DNA of 64,000 bases, taken from positions 248,001 through 312,000 of the forward strand of contig NIVC01000023.1 in NCBI GenBank assembly GCA_002269645.1. Direction: 5' to 3'. This stretch comes from Macrostomum lignano. Taxonomy: Eukaryota. The position numbers were made by a program, and so were the translations under genes. Shown here one piece after another: positions 1 through 21,790 of this stretch. Every line of letters starts with the position of its first letter. Position 1 is the stretch's first letter. Below the pieces are notes generated by a model, which saw nothing but the letters and a program-made list of their open reading frames with translations, was not told the origin of the DNA and did not search any database.

Positions 1-35
1 TAGCTAGCCATCAACTTCAACTCTCTGCATTCCAG

Positions 36-10031
<9,996 letters not shown>

Positions 10032-11204
10032 GCCCGGAAAATTGTCAAAATTGTTATAACAAAAATTCAGCGCCTATTTGTACTGTTCGATATCGTGAAA
10101 TAACTTATAAATATTTATTATAATTTTTATGTATTTTACAACACTGCTTTAATGTCATTTTTGTGTTAATTGTCTTTTGCGATATTTATCAAATTATATT
10201 CCTTTATCTTAGCTTTAGCGAGGGCCGATCGTAGATCTCCGAAGCTAGTATATACCAAAACAGATGCAGCTAAGAGATTACAATTCCATAACAAGATCAG
10301 TCATTTAGGGTTAGTTTTTTATAATTTATTGCTCTCTCTGTGACGGAAAGGGGGATTTAAAATTACGTTAAATTTATTCGGTATTTTTATCAGAGCACCG
10401 ACACCGATAAGCTTTTTTAGTGCTTATTATTGTTTGTTTTGTTTAACTGTTTTTTTCCCGTTGTGTCTTTATTGGGACTTCCCGTCTTTATCGTGACTAA
10501 GTGTTGTTATACTTGTACTGTATAGTAGTTTAGCGCTTATTCTAACCATATTTTTATTCGGCGTTGTTTTAAACGCCTGCCTGAATGCTACATTTTCTGT
10601 GTCATGCTACGAGCTATAAAAACTACAAGCAATGATTTTTCCTATTCATGTCTAGTTTCTCCAAGAAAAGAAATGCTTCAAATCCAGTTTTTAATATCTG
10701 TTTTTAATCGTTTATACTATTAATATAATTTAATACCGACTCACCCATCAATTATTTATAATTTATTAGTTATTACAAGTTTACCCTCGCTAATAAAATC
10801 TGATGAGCAAAGTTTGATTAAAAGTACATCATACAGCATATATACATAATTTATTACTTTCCTCAGCAGTAACAGTGTAGGCATCAATGGTTTTTATCTG
10901 TTTACTGTCTTCAATCTTTAATGTCAGACAAATTTTTTTTTCAAATCCAGTAAAATTATAATTTTTTTCCTTTCACGAAAAACGAAAATAGACAAACTAA
11001 AACAGACTGCGATTAAAAAAAACCCGAACGATTAATTTCATATTTCCTTAGATTTGGATAAAAGTTATATATTATCCTGCATAGCCTTGTCTGACAAGTA
11101 AACTACTGACTGTGAATCTGTTTAACCTTATTTTTTACAAAGTGGGTGTGAGTCTTACACATTTTAGTAGCATATTTTTAATAGTATTAATGATTCTCGG
11201 TGGG

Positions 11205-11430
11205 CTGTGGGAACCCTGGCGCAAACGCCTTCGGCGACGTCGTCTTAACAGCCCAGCGCTGAGGCAATTCTGCCCATTCCGCTGACTCCTGAGAGCACAT
11301 ACAAGCGCGCCAATACTGTGCACAGGCATGCACTCATGCACACGCACGCTCACACGGGGTGTGAGCGGCCCCGACTTTCTAATCGTCGAGCCAAAGGACT
11401 TCTCAAGTAGCGGGACTGTTCTGTTGCACA
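11205..11430 (-). mobile_element. SINE copy, same family as 7997-8285
   Basis: Reverse complement matches the SINE body (gtgctctcaggagtcagcggaatgggcagaattgcctcagcgctgg). Confidence 0.65.
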
Positions 11431-11474
11431 TTTTGTTACACAGTCGGCTAAGAATGATATAATAAATTCATAAA

Positions 11475-11712
11475 CTTTCATAATATTCAATTCATAATAT
11501 TCATAATATTCATAATATTCATAATATTCATAATATTAATAATATTAATAATATTCATAATATTCATAATATTCATAATATTCATAATATTCATAATATT
11601 CATAATATTCATAATATTCATAATATTCATAATATTCATAATATTCATAATATTCATAATATTCATAATATTCATCATAATATTCATAATATTCATAATA
11701 TTCATAATATTT
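11475..11712. repeat. 9-bp minisatellite (ttcataata)n
   Basis: About 26 copies; explains the NIM-repeat ORF. Confidence 0.95.
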
Positions 11713-12627
11713 TCATTAAACGTAGTTTCCCGTCCTTCTATAGTGTGTAGTTGAGTAGTCATTGGCCCGATGATTAGAAAGTCCGGGCTGCATTAGACCA
11801 ATGGGTCGATCTGTGCCATTTTTATTATTTTTAGGCACAGAACATATAATTAACATAGAATCCTATTTTTTTAAACAAAAAGATATATAAATATCACCAA
11901 TAGAGCAGGTAATACATATCGAAAGATGACCATTGGGTCTGTCTACTATCAAAATCAATAAAAAAGTAACAACCTGTGGTTTCCCGTCTTTCTGCTTGAG
12001 TAGTCCTTGAGTCGGGCATGTACGCTCTCGCTCTCGATCTGTGCCTTAGGAGCTAGCCCTCATGGTGTTAATCGCATGACAACCCACCTGGCCAATTTTC
12101 GAGCACAAGCACCAAATGAATGTGGCCACGTGCACGCAATCAAAACAGGTGTCGCTTCACCGCACACTGTTTACTCAGAGTTGACCATCGGAGTGAATTG
12201 TGCTCAACCGAAAATTTTCTATCTTCTCTACCTACCATAGGAGGCTCTTCAGGGATTAGCAGAATGTGTGATGCCGACAGAAGAGTACATGTGCGAGTCA
12301 AATCAAGTCAGGATGTGTGGTAACTGATTCAAAGTCATATATTATCAAAGAAGTACATGCAGTCTTCTGAATACGCTCTCGTAAGCTGACAAGCTGTTTT
12401 CTTTACGGGCGTACCACTCAAGGATGATATATACGAGCAACAACTGGAGTGTCAAACTACTCCACCTAAAAGGTGTTACTTTGTGATGGTTCACAAAGGA
12501 AACCGGTTAAGTTGTGCAGCATTTAGTTACGAATTGAAGTGCTCCAGTTGAGCTGCTCTCTCCACTCACGCCTTGCGGCTCTGCTCACTTCAACGAAAAG
12601 AGTACCGCTTAACAGTTTCGGCCATAG

Positions 12628-14261
12628 CAGGGACAACTTAAACTACCGGGACGCGAAACAATCATGGCGAAAAAAGTTGGGGGCTCGTTTGAATCCACTG
12701 TTCTATGGTAATTCCAACTGCAACTCTTAAGTCTAAAGAGGTGTGAGGCCAAATAAAAAGCCCTCAACTCTTGTGTGAGTGTGAAAAATGTCGATAAAGT
12801 GCAGCGTCTTTAACTGCAGATCAAACTATAATTCTCAGAAGAAAGCCGAACCAAGATATTTGCTTTTCCTTGAGATGCACAAGAACGGGAGCGTTGGAGA
12901 CAAACTCTACCAAGTATTTTTGAGGTAAGAAAGATGTTGACATTCTAAGCGATCATACACACGCTCGTATGCGTGAATGAATTTGTTACAAACTAATTGT
13001 TAAAAATAATTACTGGCACTGCGATAAAATTTACCATTCTAGAAAGTGACTGAACACATGGACATATGTAAAAAGCACTGCTGGCCAAGTGATACCCCAT
13101 GTGGAGAAATAGTCGACAAGAAAGACCGAAAGATCCTCTTCTCTGGCTTTCGCTCCGAGCTTCATACAGACGGACAGACAGACAGTTTTTATTGTCCTAA
13201 ACGTCTCCGTTAGCGCATTCATTATGCATACGCCAGTTTTGATTCGAGCCTTGCAACAATTGGCAAACTGAATCCAATGGAACCTTGACTATTCAACCGC
13301 CAGGTGCAGAGTTATATCGGCTAAATGGATGGACGTGATCCGACTGTACAAATCAGAAGATCACGTTGTCAAACGAACGGAAGTAACCCACAAAGCTTGC
13401 TATCCTTCAAGCATACAGAAAAACGACGTAACACTCGCTCCCCAAGTCTTCAATGAAAAGCTTGTTGAGGCATTGAAGTGCGACGCCTCCATAGACACGG
13501 CAGTATAAGTCGTCGGCTTACGAATGTTTATTTTAAAGGCCTGGTAAAGTGCTCATCGAAGGTTGCACCTGCGCCGACTATATCGCACGACAGAAAGCTA
13601 CGCAAACTGGGAGGCCAGTGAATTAGTTTTTAGTATTCTGTCTTTGGAGTGTCAAATTTTCCAATCCGAAATCTTTCATATCTAGCTGCTCCTCATCTGG
13701 GTTCCTCCTAAAATTCGTTCTGTTTAGTCTCGATTTTCTGTGTTCTATTCTACGAGTACAAGGCAACTTGTACTCTTGTACATACACCATTTCATGCTTT
13801 TAAACTTTTTTCCTCTTGTACTTATCTCAGATGCTTGAATATATGTAATTTTCGCTTAGTACCCAGTTTTTTCTATAAAGTATGCAGGTCCCCGTTTGTC
13901 CTCCTCAAATTAGCTATGTTCAGTTCCGTTCCACGATATATACACCAGCTATGCTTAAACCGTTTCTTCATGAATATCTCACATGTCTAATTGTATGTCA
14001 TTGTGCTCTGTACGACCGTTTTTCTACTACTCAAATAAAACGAAAAAAACATTTAAAAATGATTAAAAATAAATCTTTTAGACAACCTACTGAACCATTT
14101 CAAGCAAAAATAATAATGTGGCCTTAGTCTTTTCAGCAGCTACGCTGATCATAATGCATTTAATACATAAAAAACTGGGCGCCCATAGACTCAAACGAGC
14201 CCCCAACTTTTTTCGCCATGATATGGCTTGTTTCGCGTCCCGGTAGTTTAAGTTGTCCCTG
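12628..14261 (+). mobile_element. Internally deleted P-element-type (THAP9-like) DNA transposon
   Basis: About 65-70-bp TIRs starting cagggacaacttaaactaccgggacgcgaaaca; exact 8-bp TSD GGCCATAG (12620-27, 14262-69); broken THAP domain from 12788 (MSIKCSVFNCRSNY...FAFP*DAQERERWRQTLP); transposase fragment at ~13320-13510 (KWMDVIRLY...HKACYPSSIQ...QVFNEKLVEAL). Confidence 0.85.
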
Positions 14262-14333
14262 GGCCATAGAGTATGCACCGTGGTAATAACTAACATAAGA
14301 GATTTTCTATAATCTCGGCCTAAGCATCTAACA

Positions 14334-15940
14334 CTCTTCCCCAATAGTCTTTGCACCGGTCACGGTTCAAAATTCAGTTCAAGTACCATCCGGTCTTCCA
14401 AGAGTAGAGTAATGCAATCTATCGGGCGCCTTTCGGTTGCGCTGACTGCGGTTGTTCCTCTCGGTCTGCTTTGGCTCCGTTGCATTTCTCTCCGTAGTAT
14501 CGGCAGTATCTTTATGTGCGTCCATCGGAGTATCTCCTGTTACAGGTAGAATCCTCGGCTTGGTCTTCTCCAGATGGTATCGACCATATTTACCATCGGC
14601 CAGTTGCACTCCTACAATAGCCTTGCCTTCATTCGCAACAACATCACCCGGTTTCCATTTCTTCGTCTCATGCCTGTAGGTCTTAACCCACACCGGTTCC
14701 TTAGCCAAAGAGAGTGTCACCGTGCGCAGTAGATGTTCACGCATCAACTCGGCGGGTGCCTTTCCTGTTGTGGAGTGACAGGAGTTCCGTCTCACAAACC
14801 TTTCAGCAAGACCGTTAGATCTATAGGGTGATACGGAGGCGTGAGTACATTTCTGCAACCTATTCCTTTAAGCCATCCTTCCATCTCCACAGAGGTGAAC
14901 TGAGGACCGTTGTCCGTGACTAACGTCGCTGGGACTCCCTCTTGCGAAAATGTTTTACGGAAACGCCGAATAGTTTCTGCCGATGTAGTTGACTGCACAA
15001 CGTGTACCTCAGCCCATTTACTGTCACTAAGGTACTTGTCACCCTTAAAAGGTCCGGCATAGTCTGCGTGCACTCGGCACCACTTCTCGCTTTCCATGAG
15101 GCCATGAGGTCCACTGAATCGATGATCCGTGGTCCTTGTTCGCCTGGCAGGCAGCACATCGCTTTTCATGCAGTGTGACATCCGAGTCAATGCCTGGCCA
15201 CCAGACGCACTGTCTGGCAATGGACTTCATTTTGTCCGCACCAACGTGGCCTTCGTGAAGTCCTAGCACCATTTGACGCTCCTTCTTCGGAATCGAAGAA
15301 GAATAGTCGCAAACCTCGGTATAAGACACCATGTTCGATCGCCAGCTCATCTCGAAATCGTGCGAATTTTTTCGATTTCCTTGAGCTGTCCAACCATCCT
15401 TAACAAAACAATAGAGTTGCCGCAACGCTTTGTCCACCCGAGACTTGCACCTAAGGTGATCCTTGTTTATCGGAATGTCGAGCAGACTATCGTGAATGGA
15501 GTTAATATCAAACTGCTCGCACTCCGCGACGCTGTTGTTCAATCGTGATAGGGCATCAGCAACCGGAATTTCTTCTGATCGTTTGCACTCGATGACATAG
15601 TCGTACTCCATGAGAGTGATCGCCTAACGTTGTAGCCTAGCAGCAGCAACCGTAGACAAGGCCTTTCCCGGGTTGAACAAGAATTTCAGTGGGTGATGAT
15701 CCGTCCTTAGCACGAGCTTGCGTCCTAGCTGATATTTGTGGAGACGTTTAACCGCCCAGACTATGGCTAGCGCCTCTCTTTCGATCTGTGCATAGTTTCT
15801 CTCAGCCTGTGTCAGTGTCTTGGAGATAAATAGAACAGGACTGGGCGACTGCTCTAACACGGCTCCCAGACCCACCGGCGATGCATCAGTCGTAAGTATA
15901 ATATTGTCAGCTGGATCGAATGACTTTAGAAGCCCGGCCG
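14334..15940 (-). mobile_element. Decayed Ty3/gypsy pol remnant (RNase H and integrase)
   Basis: Frameshifted fragments TDASPVGLGAVL...YAQIEREALAIVWAV, LHEGHVGADKMK...WWPGID, VHADYAGP, VTDNGPQF; PPT-like ggggaagag (rc of 14334-14342) precedes TGTTAG. Confidence 0.88.
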
Positions 15941-16186
15941 TAGTGGAGAGATAAATGTGGGTGTGTTTGCTATATATGTTTGTTTGTTATTATCATCCTG
16001 GTGTATTTGAAACCTTCCAGCCAATTAGAATGAAGGAGAGATTTGCGGGTCAAAATTTAAGCATGCTATAGCACCAGTCTGACAATCCAGCTGTTACATA
16101 TCATCCTTGGTAGCTATAGCTGCAATTAAATTAAGATGAAACAATTAAAAATTTCTTGCGCTTTCGAAACATTTTTATCAGCCTAG

Positions 16187-16629
16187 TGTTGTGATCCCCG
16201 TCCTCCGGAGCAACGCCTACAGCTTTAACCTGTCGGGAAGCTGCGACCCCCAGGTCCCCAGTCAGAGCTCCCGTCCCGCGCCCTAGGGAGAAGCAGAAAA
16301 AAGGACAGTAACTCACGAACACGAACTTACACACCGTAGCCGATGCAGTTCGCCGTGCACTCTTTATGGTAGATCGACGAGTCGTTATTAGCCAACGGAG
16401 GCGGACCAACGCGCGCAAGGGAGGAGTCTGCCCTCCAGACAGCGACTATATATTTTTCATTGGTCCTACGCGTACATGAATATAACTTAAGAACAAATGT
16501 ACGGTACAGCAGGGGAGGTGGGGCGGGGTGGCGTGATCGGCGTACGCATTGATTATTGATTGGAGGGGTGGGGCAGACTGGAGGGTTGGGGCGGGGCAGG
16601 AGGGCGAGAAAGGGCACGATTGCACAACA
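16187..16629 (-). repeat. 3' LTR of Gypsy-A
   Basis: Direct repeat of 22820-23262, preceded by the PPT on the minus strand. Confidence 0.97.
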
Positions 16630-17899
16630 TCCTCCCCTCCTTAAAAAAGGCGAGTCACAAGAACAAAGACTGAATGGAGACAAAGACAGGATTCGATGAG
16701 TTGGACAGATACGACGGCGCAATGAGGATAAACGCGAATAATTTATAGCACGACAACGACATTTATGACGAACAGTCTTAGCGAATAATGAATTCATTCA
16801 TTAATTCATTCATTCATTCATTCATACATTCGAATAATGAAAACACGAGTTTGACGCATATGAAAAATGTATTAGTGTTGAGGAAACGCATTTTGGACGA
16901 TAAATGTTAGAGAAATAAACGCGAAAAATAAAAAAGCAAGAACTTCAGTGTGACAACCGCAACGAAACGAAAAAATTGCACCACTGTCTACCGATGTTAC
17001 TTTAACGTTGAAAACTTTCTTGCGACATGAACGTAAAGCAACAGTTTAATAATGTCAAATTGTCAATTGAAAAAAAATATGAACCAAAAAGCATGATGAA
17101 AAATACACTAAAATGAAGTAAATCAGGCCGAATGGGCTGCGCCGGACTCCTGCTCGACTCCAACACGACGGACACCCGACGATTTGCGAGCCGACTCGAC
17201 GATTGGCACTCTGGCACCCGAAGTCGCTTGCTGACGCCGAAAACTGGTGATGTCGCTAGGCCCTGGTCATCGCTGTCTGTCACAGTGGCTGCTGAACCTC
17301 CTTCGTCGGGCTGCACAAGCCTCGCCAGCAGAAGTCCTTGTACCGCGACTCTCGGTCGTACTGGCGATGTCCTGAGCGTTGTCACTGGCGCCGCTGATGC
17401 CTGCTGGAGCTTGCCTGACACCACCGCGATCCCGTCGACTTGTGCCATCCAGCCTCCGGCCGACTTGCTGACGCCGCATCCGCATCTCCCGCGCCGGTTC
17501 ACTGTTCTCACGCTGGACGGATCCGTGGGTGCAGTCAGCTGCGCAGTGCCGCCTCCTGCCGGTACTTGATGCTCGACTCCTTGCCCTGGGTGTCCTTTGA
17601 GCCTGGCCTTCCCCACAACTCCCGAGGAACGAGCCGAGAAACCCCAACATGGGAACAGGGAGTGCAGCTTCCCGAGCAGGTGCCACCCACCGCTAAGCTC
17701 TCCAGCAAAGGCAAACCGATCTAGCCCGACTACTTTTGAACTAAACTAATACTAACTATAAAAAGCGTACTGTAATTGAACTGCTTGCTTACTGTAAGCA
17801 TGTACTTTTTTAGCAAATGTTGTTTTTTCGTTGTTTTTTGTGCTGTTTTGTAATTTTTTTGGATTTTAACAATTTTATTGATAGTTTGAATGCATGGAA

Positions 17900-20800
17900 C
17901 TAGTACAGTACTGGGTCGCCGTAGCGAGCAGGCGGATTGTTTCTCCTAGGCCGAAGCCTGCGTGACGAAGCCGGAGGTGCTGCAGCGTGAACCGGTTGGT
18001 CCTGCGGCGCTTGGATGTCTTGATGCACCGCCGCTGGCACATAGACAAACTGTGAGCCATCTCCATCCGAGTCGGGCTCCGACTCTTGCGGCTCTTCGCT
18101 CACAACAACAACAGCACGTTGCCCCTTCCGTTTTCTGCGCCTTTGCTTCGGCGGTCTTGAAGCCTGCAGCTCAACGGGACGTTGAGGCACTTTGCGAAGG
18201 TTGTTATAGTGCACCACCCTGCTTTTCCTACTGTTCTGATGGAGAATTCTGAAGTTAATGTCTGACAGCTTTTCTACCACCTCGGCTGGGCCCTTCCAAT
18301 AATTGTGAAATTTTGCCGCTTCGTTCGGCCGCAGGGCCGGCGAATATTCGAGTACCGAATCTCCTACTTCTATCGTCGGACCTCTAACCCTTGAGTCGTA
18401 TATGATTTTCTGTTTTCGCTGGTAATGTTGCAGATTCTGCCTTACATGTGAATGTGCCTCCGCGAGCCTGTGCCCCAGAGACAACAGGTACTCCGGTGCA
18501 TCAGCCGGTACTGCTTCCGGCAGGTTCCCAATATCGACTGGAAGGCGCATTTCTTTTGCGTACAACATGTAGTACGGAGTGTACCCAGTGCCACGATGGA
18601 CACTACAGCGGTAGGCGAGAAGTGATGGAGCGATCAGCTCCTCCCAATCACTCTCAGCCTCACTCTGCCGGCATTTTATCATATTTTTTAGCGTTTTGTT
18701 AAAGCTTTCTGCCTGGCCATCGGCCATGGGATGATAGGCCGTTGTTCGGCATTTTTTAACAGCCATCAGCTGACACAGCTGCTTTACCAGCAATGACTCA
18801 AAGTTGGTGCCTTTGTCCGTCACAAGGAACTCGGGGCAACCAAACTGCGCTATCCAATTGTCGAAGATGGCCTTTGCCACCGTGCTCGCACGCTGATTTA
18901 AAAGTGCCACGGCAACTGGCCACTTAGTGAACGAGTCCTGAATGGTCAGAATGAATCTGGACCCATTCCTAGATCGCGGCAATGGTCCGACGATGTCGCA
19001 CATTATTCGCTGAAACGGAGCTTCTGACACAATCGGGTGCAGCGGAGCTCGATTTACCTGGCCTGGTTTTGACCGGGCACAGTTTACACAGCTCTTGCAG
19101 TACTCCTCGATCTTTCTTGAAATTCCAGGCCACCAAAATCTAGCCTTCACCTTCTCCTGGGTCTTTTTGATCCCTAGGTGACCACCTGCGACTCCGTCAT
19201 GTAACTCACTGAAGACCTTCTGAAACAACCTCGGCGGCAAGATAATTTTCGGAACCTCAGACCCAGGACCTTGAAAAACCAGAACCTGCGCATCAAGCCT
19301 GATCAGCTGACGCTGAGACCACAGACACCTCTCCTCCCAGCACATCACCTGCGGTGGAGTTGACGCGTCGACATGATCTGTCAAGAAATTATTGATGATC
19401 TTCAGCTTTGGCTCTGCTTCTTGAGCTGACTGTATATCTTCCTTCTGCAGCACACTCCGAAATATTGCATTGACACCATTGCTGCGCTGAGCCGGTGCGC
19501 AACTAGGACAAGTCTCATGCCCTGTGTGCCTTCGGTATTTCCGAGACAAAGAGTCTGCGTTGCCATGATGTTTCCCGGCCCGGTGTTCTATAACAAAGTC
19601 ATAGTTCTGCAGTGTCTCCAGCCATCGAGCACATTGACCCTCAACATCACGGATGCTGGCGAGCCACTGCAGGGCTTTGTGATCAGATCTCACAGTGAAT
19701 TTTTTCCCGAGTAGATAGTACCGGTACTTTTTGATAAAGTGCACAATTGCCAACAGCTCGAGACGGGTGGTGCAGTAGTTTTTCTCGCTTGCCTGGATCA
19801 TTCGAGATCCATAAGCTATCACCTTCTCAGACCCGTCCGACTGGCGCTGCGACAGCACCGCACCAAGCCCAATTCGAGAGCTGGCATCCGTGTCAAGAAT
19901 AAACTCACCAGCGTTTGGCGAGAAGTCTGGAAAAGCCATAACGCTTGGCGAACACAGAGCCGCTTTCAGACTGTTGAACGACTGCTCTTGGGCTTGACCC
20001 CATTTGAACTCGGCATCGTTCGCTATAAGTCTGTAGAGCGGAGCGGCAATCTCGGAAAAATTTGGAATGAAAGCTTTGTAGTAGACGCACAGTCCGAGAA
20101 ACGATTGGACTTTGGCCACACTGCAAGGCCTGGGCCAGTCCTGGATTTCGGCACACTTTTCTGGGTTCGTTGCTATTCCATCCTTGGAGATCACGTGACC
20201 TAAGAAGCTAATCTTTTCGGCCAGAAAGACACATTTTGCTGGCTTCAGCTTGATGTTAGCTCTTCTGAGACATTGAAACACATGCTCAAGGCGCTCGAAG
20301 TGCTGCTGCACAGTCGTGGAGAAGACAACTATGTCGTCGAAGTAGACGAGGCATTCCTTCCAGTTGACTTCTGACAGTGCCATGGACATGAGTCTCGTAA
20401 AGGTTGACGGGGCGTTTTTGAGCCCGAAACTCATGCACTTCCACGCAAACTGTCCCCGATTCGGCACCACGAAAGCGGTCTTTAACTGGTCTTTCGACTC
20501 CAGTGGGCACTGATGGTACCCGGATGCCAGGTCCATCGTGGAAAAGATGCAGTTTCCACCGAGCGCATCAAGAGTCTCATCCATCCTGGGCGGAGGCAGA
20601 GGATCAGGCACGGTCACGCTGTTCAGACGCCTGTAATCCAGACACATTCTGAGACTGCCATCCGACTTTCTAACCGGAACCACTGGGCTCGACCAGGGTG
20701 ACTGACAGGGATAGATGCGGCCTTCAGCCAGCAGTTGATCAACCTGTTTATCAACCTCACTTCTCCAGTGCGGCGGGATTCTGCGCAAGGGTTCAGTCAC

Positions 20801-21790
20801 GGGCTTCGCGTTACCCGTGTCGATTTCGTGCGCCATCAGATTCGTGAGCCAGAGTTCAGAGCTGTCTTTGGCAAAGACGTCACGATTTTTGGCAACCAGG
20901 GAAACAAACTCTCTTGCCTCTGCGTCAGATAGGCCGCAGGCACCCCACTCTTTGACTTCGCTAAGGGGATTCCACAGCTCTCCTTCTGACTGGACGGCAT
21001 TCAGCTGCAGCTCTGCTGGCTGCTGCGCAGAGACCGGCGAAAACCAGCCAACTCGGGTGCCCCGCCTCATCGACAAACTGCACTCCGACGTGTTCAGCAT
21101 CCTGACAGACAACCGACCCTCTTGATCAGGCAACTGCACCGATCTGGCCAGCAAATGATCACCTGCTGCCCGACGCTCGGACTCCACCATTCCAGGAAAC
21201 TGAAATCCCCTCACCCCGCGTCTCTGAAGGCGGACTGGGACCAGCTTCTCCTCACCGGCATCCATCCGGACAGCCTGGCGCAGCACGATGCGGCACACAA
21301 GAGGTCTGTCAGCACACAAACGGAAAGGAAAAACACAAGATTCTGTCATCAGGCAGTGTCTAGCGAAATCAATTATCATGCAATGTCTAATGAAAAAATC
21401 GGTTCCTAAAATGCATGGCTGTGAAATTTCATCGACAACTAAAAATTCGTGCTCGAATTTCGTCTCACCAATCGAAAAAGTCAGATTAATTCGGCCTAAA
21501 ATTTGAATCGGCTCACCACTCGCTGTGTAAATTGAAAAATCAGTACTACAATTCTGAATTTTGTTCTTAATTTTGGCGGATTCTAAGAAACGACTACTAA
21601 GTAATGACACTGTGGACCCGCTGTCCAGCAAACAAGCAACCAAGGGCCCAGATTCAAACTTTGCGTCAATATAACCCAGTCCAGTTCCACCCAGCACACT
21701 CTGGATCTGGGTTGTGGGCCCTGGCGCTTCTTCAATCACTGCAGACGGGGCCCGGGACGCTGGCCTGGCCGGGCCCCCATCCCGTTTCCC
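17900..21790 (-). CDS. pol: Pol polyprotein (protease-RT-RNase H-integrase) of Gypsy-A, expressed by -1 frameshift
   Basis: Uninterrupted 1319-aa ORF: LLDSGS, YFDD, DTDAS, HHCC zinc finger, CDIVGP, VTDKG, DGQAESFN. Confidence 0.95.
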   Translation of the reverse strand, partial: GKRDGGPARPASRAPSAVIEEAPGPTTQIQSVLGGTGLGYIDAKFESGPLVACLLDSGSTVSLLSSRFLESAKIKNKIQNCSTDFSIYTASGEPIQILGRINLTFSIGETKFEHEFLVVDEISQPCILGTDFFIRHCMIIDFARHCLMTESCVFPFRLCADRPLVCRIVLRQAVRMDAGEEKLVPVRLQRRGVRGFQFPGMVESERRAAGDHLLARSVQLPDQEGRLSVRMLNTSECSLSMRRGTRVGWFSPVSAQQPAELQLNAVQSEGELWNPLSEVKEWGACGLSDAEAREFVSLVAKNRDVFAKDSSELWLTNLMAHEIDTGNAKPVTEPLRRIPPHWRSEVDKQVDQLLAEGRIYPCQSPWSSPVVPVRKSDGSLRMCLDYRRLNSVTVPDPLPPPRMDETLDALGGNCIFSTMDLASGYHQCPLESKDQLKTAFVVPNRGQFAWKCMSFGLKNAPSTFTRLMSMALSEVNWKECLVYFDDIVVFSTTVQQHFERLEHVFQCLRRANIKLKPAKCVFLAEKISFLGHVISKDGIATNPEKCAEIQDWPRPCSVAKVQSFLGLCVYYKAFIPNFSEIAAPLYRLIANDAEFKWGQAQEQSFNSLKAALCSPSVMAFPDFSPNAGEFILDTDASSRIGLGAVLSQRQSDGSEKVIAYGSRMIQASEKNYCTTRLELLAIVHFIKKYRYYLLGKKFTVRSDHKALQWLASIRDVEGQCARWLETLQNYDFVIEHRAGKHHGNADSLSRKYRRHTGHETCPSCAPAQRSNGVNAIFRSVLQKEDIQSAQEAEPKLKIINNFLTDHVDASTPPQVMCWEERCLWSQRQLIRLDAQVLVFQGPGSEVPKIILPPRLFQKVFSELHDGVAGGHLGIKKTQEKVKARFWWPGISRKIEEYCKSCVNCARSKPGQVNRAPLHPIVSEAPFQRIMCDIVGPLPRSRNGSRFILTIQDSFTKWPVAVALLNQRASTVAKAIFDNWIAQFGCPEFLVTDKGTNFESLLVKQLCQLMAVKKCRTTAYHPMADGQAESFNKTLKNMIKCRQSEAESDWEELIAPSLLAYRCSVHRGTGYTPYYMLYAKEMRLPVDIGNLPEAVPADAPEYLLSLGHRLAEAHSHVRQNLQHYQRKQKIIYDSRVRGPTIEVGDSVLEYSPALRPNEAAKFHNYWKGPAEVVEKLSDINFRILHQNSRKSRVVHYNNLRKVPQRPVELQASRPPKQRRRKRKGQRAVVVVSEEPQESEPDSDGDGSQFVYVPAAVHQDIQAPQDQPVHAAAPPASSRRLRPRRNNPPARYGDPVLY

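Noticed and set aside
11487-11762. NIM-repeat ORF
   Set aside because: 9-bp AT-rich minisatellite
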